64,000 nt of DNA, from positions 1,291,388 through 1,355,387 of the forward strand of contig NW_003314297.1 of assembly GCF_000143415.4 (NCBI RefSeq), given 5' to 3'. Positions 12,849 through 23,370 of the stretch are shown piece by piece (position 1 is the stretch's first letter; every line of letters starts with the position of its first letter). The position numbers and the translations under genes were made by a program. The notes beneath the pieces are model-generated. The model made no database searches. It had not been told where the DNA came from and worked only from the letters and a program-made list of their open reading frames with translations. The DNA comes from Selaginella moellendorffii. Taxonomy: Eukaryota; Plantae; Lycopodiophyta.

Positions 12849-15500
12849 TTATAGTTGCTACAAATATCTTGACTACAAATGATGGTCCCTTGGTGATAGA
12901 GCCATTTCTCCCGAGGCTAGCCATGCATGAGCTAAACCAAGATGAGATTAATGAAGAAGAAGACTCTGTAGATGAAGAGGATATTCTTCCATTACCGGAA
13001 GAACTCTCCCCGCACAAGACAACATGAACATCACCAGAATCGAAGAACAAAGTGATGGTGGGGATGAACTGCACTAAGGATCTCCAGAGACATCGTTGTC
13101 ACCAAAGATAGTGGCTCCAGACCATGCGGCTGGTAATAAGTATTAACATAAATGAATATTTCCTTCATTTTCTAATTTCTGGGTGCAGATAGGCCAATGG
13201 TAGTGTATAACAGTGACGGTAGAGGCCTTGAAGACCATGGTGTGCCTCCACCCCCCTTTCTAGAGGGAAGTAGCTCCACTCCACTTACTCTTATGGAGTT
13301 GCTTGACAACTTTTCCACAGTAGAGTAAGATAATTGAAAATTGTGCTATTCGAAATTGAACTAATGTTTACATGTAAATTGTTGGAGTGTCAACAACGAT
13401 GGATTGATGCCACCAATGCATTTAATAAAGTTATTCAGTTAACCACTCATGATAGTGCCAACTTCATCATGCTACAACATGAGGAGGTTTCTGCCTTACA
13501 AGATGCCAGCACAACCCTTGAGGTGAGGGCACAAGAGGATGCTAAAGTTTTCTCACGGGTGCAATGGCTGAAACACAAGCTTTTTGGTTGCTTTAGCATA
13601 GAGAGCACAAGCGATGAGGAGATGTTAGACGCTGTTGCTAAACACCCTAAGTTCCATTAAACTAGCAGTGAAATATTTTTTCGGTGCGTGCTTTCCAGCC
13701 AAGCCATACTTCATTGGCAGGATTGGAAGAGTGTTCTGTTTAAACTTGGCCTTTCAGAAGTATAGTACAAGGGTGTGTTTTGTGACAACACAATCTAACA
13801 GCTCCTTATTGAAAGAAGCATCAATGTGCCTCCTTCAATTGTTGAGTCTATAATAGCATGGTTCATTGAAAAGAGGTACGTATATCTAGTTTTTAGCACT
13901 TAGTACCATCTTATTGTTTTGTGTAGGGACCTACGTAGGAATTGGGTGGATGCACAACAATTGAGAGAATTATTTGACACTGCTGAAACACTGTATTATA
14001 AATTCTCCCATTTTTGCATCGAGAAAGCCATGTTTCGGCCATACAAACTTGTTCGTACACGTTTGAGGCCATCTCACATTCTAGTAAGCAATGGATTGCC
14101 TATGAATTGGATTTCCCTCACTTATCCTTCCAGATTGCACCAAACAATGAATTCAGTTGTTTCCAATTCGCCTTCAATACTAATCTCCACACACTAAATT
14201 ACAAAGTGGTCTATATGTCTTAGATTGAAGGAGCTTTGGTGTGGGAGGAAGCCACAATAAAAGCAGGTGGGCCACATGCAAAAACCATTAGGGAGGCTGT
14301 TCACCAGATTCCAGGATCGGTAAGTGTAATTTTCATTTGGCTCACTAAAGTAACTTTGTGTTACAGATGCGTGGACTGTTTGTGCTTAGGGAAGGAGCTA
14401 TGTATTGGCATCCCAAGATGCCAGTGCATTCTAGGACATTGTGACAAAAAGAGTGGGATGTGGTAAGTTAATTTAAAGCACAAGTTTTATATGCTCCTCA
14501 TTTCTATATGCACAGGTTGTCTTTGTGGGCTAGTTGTTATTCCAAGTGTTCAAATGTAATGTACAAGTATCTTGCGGGTGTACAATTGCAACTGGAGAGG
14601 TTCTAGACAAGAATGACCGACGACTTGCCCGAGGAGGACTATATGAGATGGACCTCAAGGCATGCACACCGCATATTTGGAATGCACTCAACCAATTGCG
14701 AGGTGCATCAAGCCTAAAGGAAGAGGGCGATCGGCACAAGCTTGTGGATTCCATCCTAGAGAAATCTGCAATTACCAACTACAATGCAGTGCTTGAGTCT
14801 AGATTCACTAAACTTGGTGAAGGTTATGAGTAGGTTGTGGAGGCATGCGTGGCTATAATGGTCTGGCATTACCTATTCATCGAGCCAAATGTAGTGGGAG
14901 ATTTACTCTAAGATGGCTTCCAACACTCAATGTGCATGGAAGCTTGTTAAAGGCCTTACAAGAGTCCAGCATTGCTAAATGGGCTTTCACTCATTGGAAC
15001 AGATGTTTTGTTACAAATGTTTTGGGTGAGGACGATCATTTGTCCTGTAGAGTTCATCAACTACTTGATCTTTGATAAGGACTTTGGAGAGAACTTTCGC
15101 AGTTGGATTGTGGACATCATAGTGAGGTAACTATTTACTTTCACAAACAACTAAAACTCTTGTATGTTTGAACATTTTATAGATATAAGCCCAAAAGAGT
15201 TATCCAAGTTCCATCACTTTGTGGTTGATTCTCTACAGTTCTGATAGGGAGAGCCTATTTGGATCCAAGTTAAGAGACAGGGTACATCATCTGCTTGATT
15301 TCCTAGATTCTCCATATGCACACAAGAAGTTTCTTCCCTTTAACATACCTATTAATAGAGTGGACCAAACACAAGATCCACTAGGCACTCCAAAATCTAG
15401 AGAGCTTGTATGGATTGGGCTGATGTTGTGGAAGTACTATAATCGAGACACTTTCACAATAAAAATAGATAATTGTCTTGAAGTATGTTTCACACTTTGA
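12849..15500 (+). pseudogene. HECT-like E3 ligase remnant, copy 2
   Basis: EEATIKAGGPHAKTIREAVHQI, VVFVG*LLFQVF, LYEMDLKACTPHIWNALNQL, LL*DGFQ, FRSWIVDII, YKPKELSKFHHFVVDS; putative catalytic Cys codon TGT at 15407-15409 in a shifted frame. Confidence 0.68.
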
Positions 15501-15719
15501 AAGAGACTCTTTCTAGTTCATTGGTGAAATTAAAGGTAAGAATATTCAAAATATTCTACAAATACCCATTATAGGCACTTGTGGCCCTTGGTACCCTTTT
15601 GGCTTATGCTTGTCTCACCAAAGGTAGCTTCCAAAGCAACTCCCAATTTAAGATCTGGGTCAAAATTATCAAGCTTGGGTGCTATATGATGCCCATCCTC
15701 ACTTGAGGAACTCTCAGCC

Positions 15720-16153
15720 TATTTCATGGTAGAACCAAAATCATCCTCTGGGTCTATGAACTCATCTTCACTTGCATCTTGAGCAGTGATATATCCCTCA
15801 CTGTCGCTTTCTTCAACAAGACCTTTCCTTTCAGTGATTGGCACAACATTAGATGCAATCTTAGGCTGCCTTGTTGGAGGGATTGTCAAGCCTTGAGAGG
15901 AGTAGGCATCATATAAAATCCTCGATCCTGTCCCCTGTTGGATCCATTGTTGTGCCTCAAAGAAGTCATAGAATCCTCTCTAGTTTGCCATACCAAGAGG
16001 AAACCTAGAAACCTCAAACATTGCAAAAGGGTTAAAGCATATAGGAAACTATCACAAATTTACTTTTACTAAAGTGATCACAAGCTTCTAATCCCTGAAA
16101 ACTCCAATTCTTTAGCTGCAGCACACAACATACATTGGATAGTTTTGCCCCAT
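15720..16153 (-). pseudogene. RNase H1 HBD gene, copy 2 (retains ATG)
   Basis: MGQNYPMYVVCCS*RIGVFRD*KLVITL|V.RFPLGMAN*RGFYDFFEAQQWIQQG. Confidence 0.7.
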
Positions 16154-17134
16154 GCTTGGAAACCCTTTTTACAAATTTCAAAATTTGAAATGGTTATGAT
16201 TGGAAAATGTTAAAAGTGTCCATTGTTATCGCTTTTCATGTTACTGCATGCAATTGCAACTTCCATATTTTCAAATCTCCTTTAACATGCTCCTTTTGAG
16301 AGAACTCTAGGTCCAAACATTAACACTATACACCTTTGTGTAGTACATAATTGAAATATAAGCCCCACCAATTCATGGAATTGGTTAGACTTCAACTTAA
16401 TTTTGAGTCATATGCAAATCTTCTAAGCATCATGGTACAAAACTAAAGCATTGAGAGAGCTACACTAGAAATTAATGGCAACGAAGGATAAACTCAATGG
16501 GATGCATTAGAGATATGATTCCAAACAGTATATATCCATGGCTTTGCAATGGGGCTAGATGGAGTTCACTTATGCTTGCTATGAACACTATGTTAAAAGA
16601 GGTGTGCTAAAAAAGGATAATTCAATTTTTTTGCCAAGAGCAAAAAGCTCTAGATAAGGTAGTATAATATGCAATTTGGCCGATTGTCCATTTGGTTTGC
16701 AACATTAACAACTTGCTAGAATGCATGGGATGAATGGGTCTATTGAATGGGTCTATTGAATGGCTCCATTCTATACATAGCATGGGTCATTGCTATGGGC
16801 ATGATGCCCCATCTGGGGCATAAGGATTGGATATTTGTAAAATATTTTATGCTTGTGTTTTTTTCACACTCATAATACACATGGACCAATAGCAGGCATA
16901 CACATGGTGTGAGTGAAATCTGCCACAGTAACCCTTTTACGAATTGCACGCCATACATTTCTCTAGTGGAATGGAATCGCGAAATTTCTCACGGCTACTC
17001 GGACTCCACGTCACTGTCCAGATCACCGCAATGTCCTGCAATGGCACTGCCACGCGGCATCATGTGAGTGACGTGTTTGGAACACGTGTCAATCATGTAT
17101 CCTCCTCGCGCCGCGGGGGGCTTATGAATGCCAG

Positions 17135-17346
17135 GGCAGGCCGTGTCTTCCCTAGAGACTCGCTCAAGAGAGAGCGGCAGGCCGTATCTTCCCTAGAGAC
17201 GCGCGAGAGACGTGCCTTCCCTAGAGACGCGCTCAAGAGAGAGCGGCAGGCCGTGTCTTCCCTAGAGACGCGCTCAAGAGAGAGTGGCGGGCATCTTATC
17301 CTCCCTAGAGACGCGCTCAAGAGAGAGTGGCGGGCATCTTATCCTC
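17135..17346. repeat. ~41-bp minisatellite directly upstream of CCR4 copy 2
   Basis: Unit ggcaggccgtgtcttccctagagacgcgctcaagagagagc; five CCCTAGAGAC cores. Confidence 0.92.
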
Positions 17347-17398
17347 TCTCCCGCCCTCGTTGAGCGGGCATCGGCCAGGCGCGGCGGGCGAGCAGGAG

Positions 17399-20300
17399 AG
17401 ACACAAATGTTTTAGTTCTTCATGCTCGTCCTGGGCAGCCGATTTCTTCGTCCCGGTCTTCGTTTACAGTGCGGATCTGGTCCTCAGCATCGGCATTGCA
17501 TTGCGACTGCGGTGAGTTTGAGATACGGCTCGCCCGCTTTCGATTGATCTCGTCTCTCTGATCGGCGAGCATGGTTTCCAATCCATTTGTGTGGACTCCA
17601 AATTTTATTCCAGTGGAACACGACGACAATTCAGAGTTTCCAGAGAGTAAGAAGAGAGAACGAAGAAAACGATCGCATTGTCACGAAATTTGATTTTGCA
17701 GCTGGAAGCTTTCGAGTGGTTTCATACAACATTCTTGCACAAGTAGTGATTTAAATCTTTTTTCTTAGCTTTGATCGATCGAAACGTTTTGTGTTCTTGT
17801 TCTTTTGCAGGTCTATGTGAAGAGTTCGCTGTTCCCTCATTCGCCATCCTTGTGTTTGAAGTAAGTTTCTCATCATTTTCTTGTCAAGTTTTTGCATCGC
17901 CGAGCATTTCTTTCGAAGGTGGGAGACGCGCTCGGAGCAAGTTCTATCGCGTCTTTTGTCTCTAGACGCTGATCTCCTTTGTCTCCAGGTTTGCGTTCGT
18001 TTATTCTATAGGCTCAAAGCCTCCCTCTTCGTTTTCTTTGCAGGAGCTAGACGAATTTGAGAGCTTCTACAAGCCTCTCCTTGAAAGCAAAGGCTACTCT
18101 AGCATCTACATACAGAGAAGTGGCAACAGACGCGATGGCTGCGGCATCATCTACAAGCCCGAACGGTTAGCCTCGGATTGATTTTGCGAGCTTTGTTTGA
18201 TATTTCATTCTACTCAGGTGCCAGCTGCTAAAACAACAGTTTCTCGACTATAACGACATCGCGCCTGATGAAACCACAGCCGGAAGAGCGTCGGAATCCG
18301 TCGGTATAAATCCACACACGCCAATGTATTGTTTCTGATTTTCTCACTTCCAGAGGAAGAGAACGACAGAGATGTGAGCGATCCACGCGTGCGCTTTCGA
18401 AGGAACTGTGTTGGAATTCTTTCGGCCTTTCGCTTCAATCACGCGCCTAGCAACATCGTTGTGATTGCAAACACGCACCTATACTGGTAAGATAGTTCTG
18501 CCGAGTTCTTCTTTATATCCTTTTTCTTTCCCAGGGATCCAGCGCTGCAAGACGTGAAGCTCGCACAAGCCAAGTACCTGCTTGCAAAGCTCTCGCAGTT
18601 CGAGAAGGAGATATCTCAAGAATTCAACTCCAATCCTGTCGTTCTAGTCGCAGGGGATTTCAACTCCACTCCAGGTGATCGGGTAAAGTGTTTCATTCAA
18701 AGCTTGGAAAATGGAACAAACTTTTATGCCGTCTTCTCTCTTCTCAGGTGTACAACTATATCACCTCCGGGCGTCGCAACTCCGGCCCCGACGTCGAGCT
18801 CTCGAGTTTCAAGGTGCCCGACTTGGAGAGCTTGAAAGTCCCAGCGATCCCACTCGACAGCCTGTACGCTGCTGTACAAGGCGAGCCAGCGTTGACGAAC
18901 TGGAGCCCGAATTTCAAAGGAACACTGGACTACATCTTCTTCAGTCCCTCGGCGTCCATGAGACCAAAAACGATCTTAGAGGTGCCTCCAGACGTCGAGG
19001 AAGGCCTCCCAAACCATTTCCACCCCAGCGATCATCTTCCCATAGGAGCGGACTTCAGCCTCTCGTGAAGCAGCAGCTCGTCCAGCGAACCAAAGCTTAT
19101 CTTCGCTCCTTGAAGAACGGGTGTCTTAGAGCTTCTTTCGCTGTCAGCCGATCGGAGGCTCCATATCTAAGGAGACCCTCGAGCAAGTCTGTCAAGGAAC
19201 TGGCAGAGTGCTCGACATGCAGTTGTACAAGCTCCTATTGAGGGAAAAACACAGACATGAACGGGAAGGAGTTTTTATTTTTCAATGTGTACACTACCTT
19301 GAGCCGTGGTAACCTTTTCACTGTCCGGATACTCTCGAGAGAAGAGGCTGCATCGGGCCAGTTTAGTTCCCTCCCGTTTTTGAAGTACTTCTGAGCTTTT
19401 CTACTGCACAAAGCACCGTGGAAGGTTTACAGATCCAGTAGAAATCCGACTTACTCTACGTTATCGATTATGCGTCTGGGAATGGGACCGAGAATTCTTT
19501 CCATCATTGCAAGGTGCTCGAGATTTTCGTGAGTCTGAAACAGTGGATCTCCCTGGAAGCAGCCAAGAAATATAAGATTGGAATCAATGGACTTTGCAGT
19601 TTTCTTACCGAGAAAAGCTCCACTAAGATGCAACCAACGCTCCACAAATCACACGCGTACGACCATCCAAGGCCTAGAAAATATGTTTTGTCAAGATAAC
19701 ACTTAAGCAAAGGAAACAGCCAACGTACCCAGGATGATCTCGGGTGCTCTATATTGCCTTGTCGACACTATGGACGAGTGGTGCTGGTTTTCAAACGTCG
19801 CACTCCCAAAATCTATCAGCCTTATTTCAGCTGATGTCGGTGTCCTGGTTAAATGTTTATCCGGTCGAGCAGACTGTAACGGAAAAAGTGTTAATATTAC
19901 TAGAAACGATCTAACAAAATGCACTACCTTGTAGTCGAGTGTCTTCACGTATGCCGAAGAGACCAGCAGTATGTTCTCCGGTTTTAAATCAGTATGAATC
20001 AAAGATAGCTCATGTAAGTCTATTAAAACAGGAAGCAAACAACAGTGCATCAATAACACGGGAGCTATAAACGAAAACATCAAACGCGGCATACATGCTA
20101 CAGAATTCAAAAGCTGCCAGCCAATATCACGGACATGTTCTATCGAGAATGGCCGGTAGCTATTCTTTTTCAGGAAATCGTACAGGCTCGGCCCAAGCTT
20201 TTCCGACACCTAAGTTCGCCAGTAAGTTTAGATGATGGTAGGAAAACAAAAAAAAATCGAGAAACTTACGATGCAGACGTGATTCCGGTAATCGAACCAC

Positions 20301-20493
20301 TCTTTCATCTGAAGACAGCCACTGCAAACGAAGGCTTTAAGAACTTTATGATGCTTAGTTGCGAGCTTACCGTTTGCCATTCTTGTCATGCTTTCGAAGT
20401 GCTCTTAGAACGTCGATTTCAATCAGAGCGGCTTCTCTGTATTTTGGGACGTTTCTTATAACTTTAACGGCCACAAACTCCTGATACTTCCGG
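17399..20493. repeat. ~3.1 kb direct repeat, copy B
   Basis: Matches 1415-4507. Confidence 0.95.
17422..19068 (+). CDS. CCR4: CCR4-family EEP deadenylase, copy 2 (diverged)
   Basis: Same exon structure and catalytic motifs as copy 1. Differences include LTNWSPNFKGTLDYIF, a 12-bp deletion, and IQRSGNRRDG..KPER. Confidence 0.82.
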
Positions 20494-21095
20494 TCCCAGC
20501 ATTCCAAAACGCGACCAAAAGTACCTGCATTTACTCTGGTAAACAACGAGAAAGGAAACTAAACTATAAGCACCTTCACCCATCTTGCTGATGACTTTGT
20601 CTGCAACACACAAAAGAAAAAAGCTCGCATTAGAATGCGGGGAAACAAACAAGACAAGCAAAAGGATCACGCAGCTAAAGGCTCGACCCAAGGAAAAAAA
20701 AAGCGTAAAAGAAACGTAAAAAACGCAAGAAAAAAAAATTACAGCGAGGTGTAATGTTCTCTCCCAGCTCAAAAACGTAGTGACCATCCTTGTCATCTTC
20801 ACGCCAGGGAGGCGAAGCAGCAAGAGTATCGCTATGGAACCCGTTATAGTTAGCTCTCTGCTCCTTGTGGTGCCGACTAACATATGATGAGGGCTGGGCC
20901 TCCTACACACACAAAAAGAAAAAAAATTGCCAAATTCCCCCAAGTGTCATGTCTGGACGTTTTAGAATGCTAGATGCACTAATTCCCGCGGCGGACTCTA
21001 GAAATCTCACTATCCCTTTGCAGATCTTTGGCCAGCGAAGAATCACTAACCTCATCGCGGTAGGCGGAGCGCGGCCGCTTCCCTCGCCGCTCCAT
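19097..21095 (-). CDS. AFC: AFC/LAMMER (CLK-family) SR-protein kinase, intact
   Basis: MERRGKRPR...[29 protein letters not shown]|[41 protein letters not shown]; stop at 19097-19099. Confidence 0.92.
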
Positions 21096-21183
21096 TCACA
21101 GGCTCTTTAGGGTTCTTCGGTGTTTTAGACCTAAATAGTCGCCGCATCTTTTTTTCTTTTTTTTTTAAAAGCACCATTTGGGC

Positions 21184-23140
21184 TTAATAAAGTGGGGATG
21201 AGCCCAGGTTGGAGACTGGCCCTTGGAACCAGTATCGGGCGCTGAGGAGCCAGTAAGTCATGGTAAATGTGAAAACTCCCCCCACAGCGACGGGCGTGTA
21301 ATTGAAGGATTTACTGGTGACGGGGTAGACGATAGGGAGGCAGAAGAGCACGGTGATGAGGGCCACCCACACCACGGAGATCCAGCCCGTCACCAGGCCA
21401 AGGAATTTACCCAGGTGAAAGGGGCCCGGTACAAAAGAATTACGGGCAATAGTTACCCGGAAGAGGATGGGCAGTGCATAAGAGATGCACGATCCAATGG
21501 TGGCGATTGAGACCATCGCTTGGAATGCCACGGAGCTTCCCAAGTACTGCGTGTGTAGATGTGTAGAAAACTTGTAAGTTAAAAAGAGAAGTTTTACTTA
21601 CTGGAAGAGCCATGCAAAACGACACCACGACCGCCAGCCAGACGGCGTTGGATGGAATATCCCGCTTGTTGACTTTGTGCCACAGGCGCGACAGCGGTAC
21701 GGCTCCATCCCGGGAGAAAGCGTATGCCATCCTGAGATTATTCGGTTAGAATAATCACGGAATAATCATTCCATACATACGTTACCTGGAGTTGCTTGTC
21801 ACACAGCTCATGCAGCAGAGGAAGACGGCGACGGCCACGATTGCGAGGCACACGATGCCGCCGCCGCCGCTTCCGTACCGCATCTTAAAGGCATCATAGA
21901 ACGCCTGGGCCACGGCATATCCCCTTGCATCGTTGTCTAGGCTCAAGACATGATCCACGTCTGTGATGATAAATGTGATGCCGAGAAGGTAGATGGCGCC
22001 GATCACGACCGAAATTCCCACCGCACTGACGATTCCGTACGCGCCGTTCTTGTCCGCGGACTTGGTCTCCTCAGACTGATAGAAAGCGAGATTATTCCAG
22101 AGAGATTCGTGGAATCCCTTTACCATGTGAGCTGATGCGTCGTATCCGATCAGCGAGTACTGGCTCATCAATAAGCCCACGACGAAGACGTAGAGGCTAC
22201 TCCCGATGCCGCTTCCATTGTCTTTGTAGAAGTACGAAAATACGAACTTGGCACTTCGTCTCTCCGGAGCAACAGCGAGGACCAAAATGGTGATGAGGAA
22301 AACTCCTGTGATATCGCAAAGCAATTCACCAGTGATGTGAAACTATCTCCACTTACCAATGCAATTCCATATCACCGCCAGCGTTCCCAAGCGAGAAACC
22401 CACTTGATCTCCAAGTTATTAATCAGGCCATGCATAAGCAAGAAAATTCCATGGAATCCAATGACCACGTACTTGGAAGCGTAGTATCCTCCATCTCGCC
22501 CTCCGGTGGCGAGCAGAATAATCACTTGGACAAGTATCGCCATTGAGAAATTGGCACTGGTGGTCGTCGCCCACTACTCCAAATTCCACATCCATAAAGA
22601 ACAAACAAGAAAAACAATGGTGACGACCTTAAGAAATTGATTAAAAATTTCTCATCAGACCTGTCCAAATATGTTGAACCTGGAAAAGTTTTACTCCATT
22701 TTTTCAGGAAGAAGGGAGAAATTAAAAAATCAACTATACCATCCAGTGATCCATGAAGCAAATGGCCCCCATTTGGGGCCGGCAAGGCTATAGCTCCAAA
22801 AGTAGAGACCTCCAGAGGTGGGATACGCTGAGCAAATCTCCGCCATGGAGAGGGCAATGCACATAGTGAAGAAGCTGACGATAATCCAGCCATAGACGAT
22901 CGAAACAGGGCCTCCGTACGTAAGACCCGTGTTGTACGTAGTCGTGACGCCTGTGAGAATTGAGATGATGGCGAAGGACAATGCGAAGTTTGAGACAACC
23001 CTGGTTGCAAGAACACAGATTGGATTGAATCACAATCGTGTCTCCCTGTGAATTTCGGGAATGAAGTATACTTACGAGAGAGATCGCTTGAGCTCCTGTT
23101 TGTAGCCCAGCTCCTGGAGCCTCTTTTGCCCGGAGTCCAT
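21184..23140 (-). CDS. BAT1: BAT1-like amino acid/GABA permease (APC family)
   Basis: MDSGQKRLQELGYKQELKRSLS, SMAEICSAYPTSGGLYFWS, GYDASAHM|SEETKSAD, AYAFSRDGAVP, FNYTPVAVGG, SARYWFQGP. Confidence 0.92.
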
Positions 23141-23370
23141 TGATCTCCTCTAGAGATCAATCACGAATCAAGAAATATTTGCGCGCGGCGCGCGTTGCGA
23201 TAGCTCTTCCACGATTCAACGCGAAAAACATTGAAAATTGAGACACACAGCAAACACGCTTTCTTTCCAGCCATGTATTCTTTTCTCAAAGGCCACCCAC
23301 GGTCAAGATCGATCGGACCGCTCGAGCACAACGGATCGGACGGTGATCCCACGTTTTGGGAAGCTCCAAA

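Larger units (their letters stand above)
4508..16955 (+). mobile_element. Decayed large DNA transposon (element A): integrase-type DDE transposase + HECT-like E3 + RNase H1 HBD gene; right terminus ...CACGCCATA, left end truncated
   Basis: CpG-depleted, many TGA/TAG stops derivable from CGA/CAG. The right end reverse-complements to TATGGCGTGCAATTCGTAAAAGGG, matching the left terminus of element B (42574 TATGGCATGTTATTTATAAAATGG). Subterminal similarity: aatgggtcta..aatgg at ~16747 vs ~45158. Confidence 0.72.

Noticed and set aside
16961-16968. ctcTAGTG as a CACTA right terminus
   Set aside because: No matching left CACTA and no Tnp2-like peptides; the GCCATA end at 16955 matches element B's terminus much better.
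17135-17346. CRISPR-like array
   Set aside because: Contiguous tandem units without unique spacers, no cas genes, eukaryotic context.
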